Positions 9,099 to 18,995 of a DNA stretch of 64,000 bases are shown piece after piece. The position numbers were made by a program, and so were the translations under genes. The notes beneath the pieces were generated by a model, which worked only from the letters and a program-made list of their open reading frames with translations, did no database searches and was not told where the DNA came from. Numbering within the stretch: position 1 is the stretch's first letter; each line of letters opens with the position of its first letter. The DNA comes from Alphaproteobacteria bacterium (lineage in GTDB: Bacteria; Pseudomonadota; Alphaproteobacteria; Bin95). Where the stretch lies: contig OZ219786.1 in assembly GCA_964291285.2 (NCBI GenBank), positions 64,001-128,000 of the forward strand, written 5' to 3'.

Positions 9099-10730
9099 TC
9101 AGTTGCGGCGTTCCAGCAGGCCGCGCGCGATGACGTGGGCCTGTATCTCGGCCGCGCCCTCGAAGATGTTGAGGATGCGGGCGTCGCAGAGGATGCGCCC
9201 GACCTCGTATTCCTGCGAATAGCCGTTGCCGCCATGCACCTGGACGGCATTGTCGGCGTTCGCCCACGCGGCGCGGGCGGCGAGCAGTTTGGCCATGCCG
9301 GCCTCGATGTCGCAGCGCCTGCCGCCGTCCTTCTCGCGCGCGGCGAAATAGGCGAGCTGGCGGGCGATCTGGGTCTCGACGGCCATCCAGGCGACCTTGC
9401 CGGCGACGCGCGGGAAGCCGAGGATCGCCTTGCCGAACTGCCTGCGCCCGGCGGCGTAGTCCAGCGCAAGCTCCATCGCGCGCTCCGCCACGCCCACCGA
9501 GCGCGCCGCGGTCTGGATGCGGGCGCTCTCGAAGGTCGCCATCAACTGCTTGAAGCCCTGGCCCTCCTCGCGACCGAGCAGGTTTTCCGTATCCACCTCG
9601 AAGCCGTCGAAGCCGATCTCGTATTCCTTCATGCCGCGATAGCCGAGCACGGGAATTTCGCCGCCGTCGATGCCGGGGTCCGGGAAGGGGTCGCCGTCAT
9701 CGCCGCGCGTCTTCGGTGCGAGGAACATGGAAAGGCCGCGATAGCCGGGCGTGTCGGGGTCGGTGCGGGCCAGCAAGGTCATCAGGTCGGCGCGCGCCGC
9801 ATGCGTGATCCAGGTCTTGGCCCCGCTGATCCGGTAGGTTTCGCCGTTGCGGACCGCGCGGGTCTTCACGCCGCCGAGGTCCGAGCCGACATCGGGTTCG
9901 GTGAACACCGCGGTCGGCAGCACGGCGCCGCTCGCAATGCCGGGCAGCCAGCGTTCCTTCTGCTCCTGCGTGCCGCCCATCCGTATCAGTTCGGCCGCGA
10001 TCTCCGATCGGGTGCCGAGCGAGCCCACGCCGATATAGCCGCGCGACAGCTCCTCCGTGACCACGCACATGGCCACCTTGCCCATGCCGAGGCCGCCCCA
10101 TTCCTCCGGCACGGTGAGCCCGAACACGCCCATCTCCGCCATGTCTTCGACGACCGCCATCGGGATGAGCTCGTCGCGGCTGTGCCAGCCGTGCGCCGGG
10201 CCGACGATGCGATCGTCCGCAAATCGCCGGAACTGGTCCCGCACCAGGGCGAGCGACTCGTCCTCCAGCCCGTCGGACGGCCTGTGGCCGTCGGCAAGCA
10301 GGGCGGCAATTTCCATGCGCGCGGCATTCGAATTGCCCTCGGCTGCCACGCGCTCGACGGCGGGAAGGCGCAGCGCAGCGCCGTCGATGCCGAGGTCCGC
10401 GGGCCGGACCACTTCTCCCTGCGAGACGGCGATGCCGCCCGCAAGCTGGGCCAGATACTCCCCGAACGCGGCCTGCAGGACGAACCGGTCGAGGTCCGTG
10501 AGACTGTCCGCCGCCTCCAGCCGCTGCGCCCAGCCCAGCATTTCCCGCAGGCCCGCCACGTAGGTCGCGGTCCAGGCGAAGCCGTGGGCGGCGAACTGGT
10601 CGCGCTCGAGCGCGGCGGGGTCGGTCCGGCCGCCGGCCTGCACGCGCGCCGCCACGCTGCCGCGCGCCTCTTCCAGATAGGACCGGGCCGCGCCGAGGGC
10701 CTCTTCGAGGAGGGGGATCGGGAGGGTCAT
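9099..10730 (-). CDS. mcd: (2S)-methylsuccinyl-CoA dehydrogenase-like acyl-CoA dehydrogenase (ethylmalonyl-CoA pathway)
   Basis: 543 aa with N-terminal extension QFAAHGFAW.ATYV and ACAD core AVFTEPDVGSDLG, GYRGMKEYE, IFEGAAEIQA. Confidence 0.8.
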   Translation of the reverse strand: MTLPIPLLEEALGAARSYLEEARGSVAARVQAGGRTDPAALERDQFAAHGFAWTATYVAGLREMLGWAQRLEAADSLTDLDRFVLQAAFGEYLAQLAGGIAVSQGEVVRPADLGIDGAALRLPAVERVAAEGNSNAARMEIAALLADGHRPSDGLEDESLALVRDQFRRFADDRIVGPAHGWHSRDELIPMAVVEDMAEMGVFGLTVPEEWGGLGMGKVAMCVVTEELSRGYIGVGSLGTRSEIAAELIRMGGTQEQKERWLPGIASGAVLPTAVFTEPDVGSDLGGVKTRAVRNGETYRISGAKTWITHAARADLMTLLARTDPDTPGYRGLSMFLAPKTRGDDGDPFPDPGIDGGEIPVLGYRGMKEYEIGFDGFEVDTENLLGREEGQGFKQLMATFESARIQTAARSVGVAERAMELALDYAAGRRQFGKAILGFPRVAGKVAWMAVETQIARQLAYFAAREKDGGRRCDIEAGMAKLLAARAAWANADNAVQVHGGNGYSQEYEVGRILCDARILNIFEGAAEIQAHVIARGLLERRN

Positions 10731-10812
10731 GGGTTCCGGCGGATGCCTCTTTCAGGTGACGCCGTTATAGCAAGACTATACACTTGCGGGCCGCAGTCCC
10801 GGTGCCGCACCC

Positions 10813-11772
10813 ATGCCGCTTCTCGACCCGAGCCCGACCTACAAGCCCTTCCGCTATCCGTGGGCTTACGATGCATGGCTCACGCAGCAGCGCATCCACT
10901 GGCTGCCGGAGGAAGTGCCGCTGTCCGACGACGTGGCCGACTGGCGGCGCATCCTCACCTTGGCCGAACGGAACCTGCTCACCCAGATCTTCCGCTTCTT
11001 CACCCAGGCGGATGTCGAGGTGAACAATTGCTACATGAAGCACTATGCCCGCGTCTTCGAGCCGACCGAGGTGCAGATGATGCTGGCAGCCTTCTCGAAT
11101 ATCGAGACGGTGCATATCGCCGCCTACAGCCATTTGCTGGACACGGTCGGGATGCCGGAGGTCGAGTATTCGGCCTTCATGCGCTACAAGGCGATGCGCG
11201 ACAAATACGACTACATGAAGCAGTTCGGCTCGGACTCGAAGGAAGACATCGCGCGCACGCTGGCGGTGTTCGGCGCCTTCACCGAGGGGGTCCAGCTTTT
11301 CGCCAGCTTCGCCATCCTGCTCAACTTCCCGCGCTTCGGCAAGATGAAGGGGATGGGGCAGATCGTGGCCTGGTCGGCGCGCGACGAGACCCTGCACACC
11401 GAGAACGCCATCCGGCTCTTCCGCACCTTCGTCGGCGAATATCCCGAAGTGTGGACCGATGCGCTCCGCCGGGACCTCGCGGACGCCTGCCGAACGGTGA
11501 TCGAGCATGAGGACGCCTTCATCGACCTCGCTTTCGAGATGGGCGGCGTCGAAGGCCTGGAGGCGGAGGAGGTGAAGTCCTACATCCGCTTCATCGCAGA
11601 CCGGCGGCTGGAACAGTTGGGCCTTGAGCCGATCTTCGCCGTGGCGGACAACCCGCTTTCCTGGATGGACGAGATGCTGAACGGCGTCGAGCACGCCAAT
11701 TTCTTCGAGAACCGCGCCACCGAATACGCCAAGGCCGCAACGCGCGGCAGCTGGGAAGAGGCGTTCGCCTGA
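10813..11772 (+). CDS. nrdB: Ribonucleotide reductase class Ia beta subunit
   Basis: YKPF.YPWA, HWLPEEVP, FFTQAD, ETVH..AYS, EG.QLF.SF, RDE.LH, NFFENRATEY. Confidence 0.95.
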   Translation: MPLLDPSPTYKPFRYPWAYDAWLTQQRIHWLPEEVPLSDDVADWRRILTLAERNLLTQIFRFFTQADVEVNNCYMKHYARVFEPTEVQMMLAAFSNIETVHIAAYSHLLDTVGMPEVEYSAFMRYKAMRDKYDYMKQFGSDSKEDIARTLAVFGAFTEGVQLFASFAILLNFPRFGKMKGMGQIVAWSARDETLHTENAIRLFRTFVGEYPEVWTDALRRDLADACRTVIEHEDAFIDLAFEMGGVEGLEAEEVKSYIRFIADRRLEQLGLEPIFAVADNPLSWMDEMLNGVEHANFFENRATEYAKAATRGSWEEAFA

Positions 11773-11800
11773 TCCGGAGGCAAGCCGATTGGCGCCGGAC

Positions 11801-11823
11801 CCCGGAACAAGTCCGGGCATGAC
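11801..11823 (-). repeat. Alphaproteobacterial REP-like palindromic element
   Basis: Minus strand GTCATGCCCGGACTTGTTCCGGG (CCCGGA..TCCGGG stem) between convergent genes; single copy in the window. Confidence 0.5.
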
Positions 11824-11867
11824 GAAGGGGCGCATGAGACCGTCCGGCCCAAGGCCCCCCGAAAATG

Positions 11868-12857
11868 TCATGTTTTGTCATGGTCAGGGGCGGAACCGGC
11901 GTCCTCCGGGCCGGTCCTCCGCTTCTTCCCCTTCTTCTTTTTCTGCTTCTTCCTGCTCGCCGCCGGTCCGCTCCAATCGTCGTCTTCGTCGCCGCCCCGC
12001 TCTTCCCGTTCGAGGCGGCTCTGCCTGCGTTCCTCGACCTCCTCCGGGGCCCAGGGGTCGTAGATGTCGTCGAAGCCGTTGCGGCGCTGGTATAGCCAGT
12101 CATGTTCGGCGCCGTCGGCCCGGTCGTCGTCGGTGCTGTCCTCGTGGCCGGGCGTGTCGGCGGCGGCCCAGGGGCAGTATTCGTAGGTCTCCTCGGGCGG
12201 GTCGTCGGCCGGCGGCAGGTCGTTTGCCGGCGCGGGCGGGGGGCCGAAGCCGACGGGCAGGCGGGAGCGCTCCTCGACGGCCGCGGCGAGCCTGCGGGCG
12301 GCCTCCTCATGTGCGGCCCCGTCGAAGCCCTCCTGCGCCTCCATCGCCTCGCGGCTCTCGCGGTGGCGGGCGAGCGCTCGTTCGGCCCGGGCATGGCCGC
12401 TGCGCACGGCGTCTGCGAGCGGTCCGGGCTCGGTGCCCGCCTCCTGCGCCTCGCCCGCTTCGATCTCGCCGAACTCGTCCTCGTGCGGCAGCGGCCAGAG
12501 GCGGGCCCGGTTCGCGCCGGCCGGACTGACAAGCCCGGCGACCTCGGCCTGGAAGCGCAGCACCCGGAGCATCATGTAGGCCGAGCCGCTGGCGACGGCG
12601 GCATCCCAGGCCTGCTCCGAGCGGGCGAGCAGGATGCGGGCCTCGTCGCGTTCGGTGCGCCGCCACGACAGGCGGATGCGGCGCACGCGCTCAACGATGT
12701 AGGGCCGCTCCAGCAGGGCGCATCCGGTCTGGCGGGCGGAGCGCTCGGCATAGCCGGCCTGCCTTGCGGCGTCTGCGGCATTGCCGGAGGCGGTGTAGTG
12801 GCGGCAGAAGGCCTCCTGGCGGGTGGAAAGCGCGACGGCGGGCTCGATGATGGGCAT
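11868..12857 (-). CDS. Terminase small subunit-like N-terminal HTH with long acidic region and basic tail
   Basis: LSTRQEAFCRHY..SGNAADAARQAGYAERSARQ.G..LL..P.I resembles the Terminase_2 N-terminus; the remainder is low complexity. Confidence 0.7.
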   Translation of the reverse strand: MPIIEPAVALSTRQEAFCRHYTASGNAADAARQAGYAERSARQTGCALLERPYIVERVRRIRLSWRRTERDEARILLARSEQAWDAAVASGSAYMMLRVLRFQAEVAGLVSPAGANRARLWPLPHEDEFGEIEAGEAQEAGTEPGPLADAVRSGHARAERALARHRESREAMEAQEGFDGAAHEEAARRLAAAVEERSRLPVGFGPPPAPANDLPPADDPPEETYEYCPWAAADTPGHEDSTDDDRADGAEHDWLYQRRNGFDDIYDPWAPEEVEERRQSRLEREERGGDEDDDWSGPAASRKKQKKKKGKKRRTGPEDAGSAPDHDKT

Positions 12858-13380
12858 GGGGTGCGGGTCCTTTCGTTCCGCTGGCGTTCGACAGGCAGGC
12901 CCGGCGGGGAGCGACCCTTATTCGCGCGCAATCGCGGGCGGGCGCGGGCGGGTGTCGGCGCCGGCGCGGTTCGCGCGCCTGATTGCGCGTGCGCGAGGCA
13001 GGCACAGGACGCACTTCGCCTGTCGGCTGAATCGGGGTCGTTCCGCACCGGGCCGGCGCGGGCGGGAAACGGCTCCGGATGCCGCTTACCTTGCACCCAT
13101 CATATCACGGGTTTTCCTGATTCAGACCATAAACAGAGAAATATTGCCTATATTCTATGAACAAATTGTCGCATCCGTTCATCGTCCCCGCAAAACGGGA
13201 TCATTCCTGACGTCCGATACTGCCGCAGGCCGGGGGGATCAGGACCGGCCGACCGGAGCCGCCACGAGAGTCAGGGCCGGCCCCCGGCTTCTCCGCTCGG
13301 GGGCAAGGACAGGCGCGGGCCGGAGTCCGTTCCTGCCGTTTCAATCTGAACGGATCATGTCCCGGAGCCTCGCCGGACGG

Positions 13381-14013
13381 CTACTCGGCGGCAGCCTCAC
13401 CGTTTTGCACGAGATCGAAGAGAGGCGCGAAATATTCCGGTTCCTGGGCGCCGGAGATGGCGTAGCGGCGGTCCACCACAAAGCAGGGCACGCCCTGAAT
13501 GCCCATCGCCCGCGCCCGCGCGTCCTCCTGCCGGACTTCCTGGCTCGCGGCGTCCGAGGCGAGAAAGGCTTCCGCCCCGCATCTGTCCCAGCCGGCGCGT
13601 GAAGCGATATCCGCCAATTGCTCCCTGTCGCCGATATCCTCGCCGTTCAGGAAATAGGCGTCGAAGAGCGCGTCCACCACCGCCGTCTGCCGCTCGCCGG
13701 ACTCCCGGATGAGCCGGTGCGCGGCGAGCGTGCTCGGCGTGCGCTCTATGGTGTCGAAGCGGAATTCGATGCCTTCCGACCGTCCGGTCTCGCGGATGCG
13801 GTCATAGGCGGGCCCGCCGCCTTCCGCGCCGAATTTGAGCGTGAGATAGTCCTGGCGCGCCATGCCTTCGGGCGGCATGCCCGGATTGAGCTGGAACGCC
13901 CGCCAGCGAATGACCGGGTCCAGGCCGGGCCGGGACTCCAGGGCGCGGGCGAGGCGCCGGCGCCCGATGAAGCACCAGGGGCAGATGACGTCGGAGAAAA
14001 TCTCGATCAGCAT
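13381..14013 (-). CDS. DsbA family oxidoreductase (FrnE-like)
   Basis: IEIFSDVICPWCFIG, FQLNP.MP, GIQGVP.F, SGAQ. Confidence 0.92.
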   Translation of the reverse strand: MLIEIFSDVICPWCFIGRRRLARALESRPGLDPVIRWRAFQLNPGMPPEGMARQDYLTLKFGAEGGGPAYDRIRETGRSEGIEFRFDTIERTPSTLAAHRLIRESGERQTAVVDALFDAYFLNGEDIGDREQLADIASRAGWDRCGAEAFLASDAASQEVRQEDARARAMGIQGVPCFVVDRRYAISGAQEPEYFAPLFDLVQNGEAAAE

Positions 14014-14052
14014 GGGCCGGCAATATAGGAGCGGCCTCCGGGGGAGGGAAGC

Positions 14053-14814
14053 GTGTCGATTGACGGAATGCTGCGGCTCGACGGCAGGACGGTGCTGGTC
14101 ACGGGCGCATCGCGCGGCCTCGGGCGGGGTTTCGCCTGGGTCGCGGCCGCAGCAGGTGCGCGCGTGGCGCTGGCGGCGCGGGACACGGAGGCGCTTGCCG
14201 AAGCGGCGGCGGGCATCGGCGGCGCTGCGGTCGTTCCCATGGATGTGACCGACCGCGAACAGGTGTCGGCGGGTTTCGACGCCGCAGAGAAGGCGCTCGG
14301 GCCCGTCCACGCCATCGTCAACAATTCCGGCGTCGCCGTGACCCGGCGGCTGCTGGAAACGGAGGAAGACGACTGGCGCCGGGTCATCGACACCAATCTC
14401 ACCGGCGCCTGGTTCGTGGCCCAGGAGGCGGCGAAGCGGATGGTTGCGCGCGGCGAAGGCGGCAGCATCGTCAATATCGGTTCGCTGCTGGGCCTGCGCA
14501 CCGGGCGCGGCGCCGTCGGCTACGCCGCCTCCAAGGCCGGGCTGCACCACCTGACGCGCGTCATGGCCGCCGAGCTCGCCCGCGACCGTGTGCGGGTGAA
14601 CACGCTCGCGCCCGGCTATGTGCTGACCGACCTCAACGAGGAGTTCTTCGCCTCGCCGCCGGGGCAGGCGCTGATGCGCCGGGTGCCGATGGGCCGCCTG
14701 GGCCAACCGGAAGAGCTGGCCGCGCCGCTGCTTTTCCTGCTGTCGGACGCCTCGGTCTACATCACCGGCCAGCTGCTCGCCGTGGACGGCGGGCATTCGG
14801 TGTCCAATGCGTGA
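14053..14814 (+). CDS. Short-chain dehydrogenase/reductase
   Basis: TGASRGLG, NNSG, YAASK, VDGG. Confidence 0.92.
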   Translation: MSIDGMLRLDGRTVLVTGASRGLGRGFAWVAAAAGARVALAARDTEALAEAAAGIGGAAVVPMDVTDREQVSAGFDAAEKALGPVHAIVNNSGVAVTRRLLETEEDDWRRVIDTNLTGAWFVAQEAAKRMVARGEGGSIVNIGSLLGLRTGRGAVGYAASKAGLHHLTRVMAAELARDRVRVNTLAPGYVLTDLNEEFFASPPGQALMRRVPMGRLGQPEELAAPLLFLLSDASVYITGQLLAVDGGHSVSNA

Positions 14815-14966
14815 AGGGCTGGGCGGAGCGTACAGTCTGGCGGATGGATAGCCGGTGCTCCGTTTGTGGGAAATCCATATCTTCTAAATCGTCGAAATTC
14901 TGCAACTATGATTTTCACGGCTTCCACTTTTCGGTCCTTTCCAGTGACTCTTGTGGCAGCAGTTCG

Positions 14967-15728
14967 CTACTTTGGGTCAAACGCCGGCTTTCCTCTGATT
15001 CGATCAGCGGTTGCCAGAAGCCGCTCTCTGGCTTTGCCTAGGAATTTCGTGTCGAACCGGCTGAGCATTCCAAACGTCGACAGCGTCAGAACGGTTTTTC
15101 CGGCGGTGTCCCGAATAGGGACTGAAACGGCCGCGATATCAGGTTCGTTGTCGCCCAGGTTCAGTGCATACCCTTGATCTCGAACGCTTGCCAACTCAGT
15201 TTCAAATTTTCCGGCATCGGGCATCGATGCGTGTGACCCAACAACCTTTTGCGCCGATAGCCGGGCATTTCGCTCGGCCGGCGACATCTCGGCAAGCCAG
15301 AGTTTCCCCTGCGCGGTAGAATGAAGGGGCAACAGCGTCCCGACTGTGATGTTCACCGATATCGGGCGCGTCGAGTTGGCAACGGCCACGCATGTCGGAC
15401 CGTGCCGTGTCAGGCGGCAGACCATCACCGACTCATTCAGGTCCCTGCTCAGCCCATCGATTTCGGGCTGAAGGACCTGAGCCAGCGCGTCGGTTTCTTC
15501 GGCAATCCAGCCGAGCTCTTCGATCTTTGGGCCCAGCGCATAGTAGCCCCTCTTGGTGCTGCGAACCGCACCCGCGTGTTCCAATGTCATCAGAAACCGA
15601 TGTGCCGTGGCGTTGTTCATGCCCATCCGCTCGACCACCGTCGCCGATGAGATTTCCCGTTGGCTTGGCGAGAAAAGCGACAGAATTTCAAAGCCTTTCA
15701 GCACTGAGTTGTTGAGCGGTGTGGCCAT
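14967..15728 (-). CDS. IclR-family transcriptional regulator
   Basis: N-terminal HTH (SVLKGFEIL…ATAHRFL.TL), PLHSTAQGK, RDQGYA. Confidence 0.92.
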   Translation of the reverse strand: MATPLNNSVLKGFEILSLFSPSQREISSATVVERMGMNNATAHRFLMTLEHAGAVRSTKRGYYALGPKIEELGWIAEETDALAQVLQPEIDGLSRDLNESVMVCRLTRHGPTCVAVANSTRPISVNITVGTLLPLHSTAQGKLWLAEMSPAERNARLSAQKVVGSHASMPDAGKFETELASVRDQGYALNLGDNEPDIAAVSVPIRDTAGKTVLTLSTFGMLSRFDTKFLGKARERLLATADRIRGKPAFDPK

Positions 15729-15777
15729 GCGTCCAAACCTCGTGTTCGCCTTTGCACATCCTGTGTCGAAACCCGGC

Positions 15778-15834
15778 TTGACAGAAATGATTCTACCACA
15801 CATTATATAAGATAATAATCTCATAATATGAGAT
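15778..15834 (+). promoter_or_regulatory. Sigma70-like promoter plus palindromic operator (likely IclR site)
   Basis: TTGACA (15778)-17 bp-CATTAT (15801), then a perfect 8-1-8 palindrome ATCTCATA-A-TATGAGAT at 15818-15834 just before the RBS. Confidence 0.65.
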
Positions 15835-15844
15835 AGGGGAGAAA

Positions 15845-16240
15845 ATGGCTCTCGGCCTGCCGATCGATAATGAAGCTGTCGCCGAGATGGTCGGTTCGTT
15901 ATTTGAACGACGGTCGCCGATGACGGGCGAAGTCGTGACCACCGCTGCCGCTGCCTGGGAAGCGCAAGACCACGCCGTCGAAATCGCCAATGACACGAAA
16001 TACGGGCTGACGGGGTCGGTTTTCACGCGCGACGTCGGCAGAGGCCTTGAGGTTGCCAAGCGCATGGTGACCGGGATCGCCCATGTCAACGGACCGGCGG
16101 TGGGCGACGAAGCCCAGATGCCCTTCGGGGGGACCAGGGCAAGCGGCTATGGCCGGTTCGGCGGACCGGTGGCAATCGACGAGTTCACCGAGCTCCGCTG
16201 GATCACCATCGAAGACCCGGATCAGCACCACCCGATCTGA
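15845..16240 (+). pseudogene. Aldehyde dehydrogenase with large in-frame internal deletion
   Basis: N-terminus (FERRSPMTGEVVT.AAAA) joined directly to the C-terminus (ANDT.YGL.GSVFTRD…PFGG..ASGYGRFGG…EFTE); catalytic core absent; 131 aa. Confidence 0.85.
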
Positions 16241-17973
16241 TGCCCAAGGACACGGACAAGCCCATGACGGTCACCGCAGGCGGTGCAATCTTCGGAAAGC
16301 TGAAGGCGCTTGGCGTCGACTATGTCTTTGCCAATTCAGGGACGGATTTTCCGCCGATCATAGAAGGGCTCATCGAGGCCCGCGACAAGGGCATCGACCT
16401 GCCCCAGGCGGTGACGGTGCCGCACGAACACGTCGCCGTGGGGATGGCGCACGGCTACTACCAGATGACTGGACGGGCCCAGGCGGTGATGCTGCACACG
16501 AATGTCGGGCTGTCGAACGGGGCAACCGGGGCGATCAATGCTGCCTGTGATCAGGTCCCGATGTTCCTGATGTCCGGAAGAACGCCGGTTGCCGAGGGCG
16601 GTCGTTTCGGGGCCCGGACCGTCCCCATCGGCTGGGGGCAGGAGATGTACGACCAGACCGCCCTGGTCAGGGAAGCGTGCAAGTGGGACTACGAATTGCG
16701 CTTCTCCGACCACGTCGCTGAGGTGCTGGACCGGGGATGGTCGATTGCCAACTCCACGCCCCAGGGGCCGGTTTACCTTAGCCTACCCCGCGAAGTCCTG
16801 TGTGAACCCTGTCCTCCTGACGGCCTCGACCAGCCGTCGCGCATGGTTCCAGCGGTCACCGCTCCCTCCCAAGCGGCATTGGATGGTGCGGCCGCACTGC
16901 TGGCCAAGGCGGAAAGTCCGCTGATCATCGCACAGCGCGGTGCAGGCTCATCGGAGGCGTTCAACACCCTGGCGCGGTTCGTCGAAGAGTGGGCCATGCC
17001 GCTGTCGCACTACTGGGCGAACCAGATCGCCATTCCAATGTCCAACCCGTGCCATGTCGGCTGGAATCCCGGCGATCTGTTGAACGAGGCGGACGTTGTA
17101 CTGGTGGTCAACGCTCTGGCCCCCTGGTGGCCGGACCACGCTGCGCCCCATCCTGACGCAAAGGTCATCCATCTCGGGCCAGACCCGCTCTTTGCCCGGT
17201 CAACGCCGATCCGGACCTTCAGGTCGGACGTGACATTGGCGGGAGATACCGCCCAGACGCTTCTGGCGCTGATCGAGGCCGTGAAAGGGTGCTCCCGGGA
17301 CGCCGCGGCGTTGGAACAGCGCAGGGCGAGGATTGCAGCGATCGCTTCCGGGGAACGCGAAAGGGTCCGGGAGAACGCAAAGCGGGGCTGCAGGAGCCCG
17401 ATGTCGAAAGAATGGGTCAGCCATTGTCTCGGCAAGGCGATCCGCGGTCGCAAGGCGAGCGTGTTCCACGAACTCGGCTGCCCGCTGCCGCCGCTCGAAC
17501 TGGACGACCACCAAAGCTATTTCCAGGAGCCGCATTCCGGCGGGTTGGGCTGGGGACCTCCCGCCGCGATGGGCGCGCAGCTTGCCGACCCCGACCGCCT
17601 GGTCTTCGCGACCGTCGGGGACGGTAGCTACATGTTCGCCAATCCAACAGCCTGTCACCAGGTCTGTGAGGCCCTCGGCCTGCCGGTCATCACGCTCGTC
17701 CTGAATAACGAGGAATGGGGCGCTGTCCGCCATTCGGTCGAAGGGCTCTACAAGGGCGGGTTGGCGTCGAAGTCGAACGACGTACCCCTGACATCGCTGC
17801 GTCCCAGCCCCGACTTCACGAAAACCGCCGAGGCCAGCCGCGCCTATACCGAAACCGTGACGAACGGCCACGACCTTCCCGCTGCGCTGGAGCGGGCCAT
17901 CAAGGTGGCGACCGAGGATAAGCGGCAGGTGCTGCTCAACATCGCCATCGAAAGAACCAGCCCCCACCAGTGA
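16240..17973 (+). CDS. Thiamine-diphosphate-dependent enzyme (acetolactate synthase-like family)
   Basis: FANSGTDFPPIIE, PHE.VAV.MA.GY, GDGSY.F…LNNEEW. Confidence 0.9.
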   Translation: MPKDTDKPMTVTAGGAIFGKLKALGVDYVFANSGTDFPPIIEGLIEARDKGIDLPQAVTVPHEHVAVGMAHGYYQMTGRAQAVMLHTNVGLSNGATGAINAACDQVPMFLMSGRTPVAEGGRFGARTVPIGWGQEMYDQTALVREACKWDYELRFSDHVAEVLDRGWSIANSTPQGPVYLSLPREVLCEPCPPDGLDQPSRMVPAVTAPSQAALDGAAALLAKAESPLIIAQRGAGSSEAFNTLARFVEEWAMPLSHYWANQIAIPMSNPCHVGWNPGDLLNEADVVLVVNALAPWWPDHAAPHPDAKVIHLGPDPLFARSTPIRTFRSDVTLAGDTAQTLLALIEAVKGCSRDAAALEQRRARIAAIASGERERVRENAKRGCRSPMSKEWVSHCLGKAIRGRKASVFHELGCPLPPLELDDHQSYFQEPHSGGLGWGPPAAMGAQLADPDRLVFATVGDGSYMFANPTACHQVCEALGLPVITLVLNNEEWGAVRHSVEGLYKGGLASKSNDVPLTSLRPSPDFTKTAEASRAYTETVTNGHDLPAALERAIKVATEDKRQVLLNIAIERTSPHQ

Positions 17974-18008
17974 CCGGGGCAAGACAACGAAGACAAGAGG
18001 AGAAACAC

Positions 18009-18995
18009 ATGACTGTCTTCACCAGGATCCTTGGCGGAGCCGCCGTTCTGGCCATCTCGACCGCGGCCTATGGCGACGAGTTGAAACTCGCGCATTTCGC
18101 ATCGACCAAGTATCACCTGCATAATGAGATGTTCGTGCCCCTTTCGGAGCAACTCGCGGAGGCCACCGGAGGGGCGACCACAATTCGCGTCTATCCCGGC
18201 GGGGAATTGGGCGCCGGACCTGCCAAGCAGTACGACCGGGTACTCGATGGCGTTGCCGATTTGGTCTACGCCCTTCCGGGCTACACGGCGTCGCAGTTCA
18301 AGCAGACGCTGCTGGTCGAGCTTCCGGGCGTCGTGAATCCGGGCGCGAACAAGACCGAAGCGATCTGGAACAACATCGACATGCTCGACAGAGAGTTCCG
18401 CCGTACCAAGCTCCTCGGGTTGTGGACAGCGGCTGACGGGTCGCTCCTCATGGCCGACAAGCGGATCGAAAACGTGTCCGACCTGGCGGGACTGAAGATT
18501 CGCGTGCCGTCCAAAAACACCGGACGCCTTGTCGAGGCCTGGGGCGCAACCGCTGTGTCCATGCCGATTACCCAGGTCTACCAGGCCCTGGAGACCGGCG
18601 TCGTCGACGGAACGCTCGTCGACACATCGGTTCTGACCAGCTTCAAGCTGGGCGAGGTGACCAAGTACATCACATCCGGCATGAACGCCACGAACTCGAT
18701 GTTCATGCTGGTCATGAACCGCGACAGTTGGGATGCCCTCGACGCTGACACGCAGGCGAAGCTCACCGCGTTAACCGGGGCAGAGTTGTCCGAAGGTGGC
18801 CGCGTCACCATGACGAACGCAGCGGATCGTGCCTTGGCCAAGTGGATCGAAGAGGGCGGCGAAGTGATCGAGCTTTCGCCGGAGGCCGCAGCCGGGTTCA
18901 ACGCGGCCAGCGACGCCTTGGCCGCCGCGGTCATCGCGGAACTCGACGGCGAAGGCGTTGACGCCTCGGCCTGGGCTGCCGCTCTTCGGAACTGA
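18009..18995 (+). CDS. dctP: TRAP transporter substrate-binding protein
   Basis: Signal peptide; YPGGELG, DL.GLKIRVP, YQAL.TGVVDG. Confidence 0.9.
   Translation: MTVFTRILGGAAVLAISTAAYGDELKLAHFASTKYHLHNEMFVPLSEQLAEATGGATTIRVYPGGELGAGPAKQYDRVLDGVADLVYALPGYTASQFKQTLLVELPGVVNPGANKTEAIWNNIDMLDREFRRTKLLGLWTAADGSLLMADKRIENVSDLAGLKIRVPSKNTGRLVEAWGATAVSMPITQVYQALETGVVDGTLVDTSVLTSFKLGEVTKYITSGMNATNSMFMLVMNRDSWDALDADTQAKLTALTGAELSEGGRVTMTNAADRALAKWIEEGGEVIELSPEAAAGFNAASDALAAAVIAELDGEGVDASAWAAALRN

Noticed and set aside
8049-11510. 1153-aa plus-strand ORF and many other long overlapping ORFs (e.g. 28500-30080, 31661-33277, 37016-38884, 38791-40440)
   Set aside because: Antisense or off-frame shadows of well-supported genes in high-GC DNA; Arg/Ala/Gly-rich with no family motifs.
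13125-13170. Possible LexA box upstream of the TerS-like gene
   Set aside because: AT-rich with one GAAC but no GTTC-N7-GTTC match to the alphaproteobacterial consensus.
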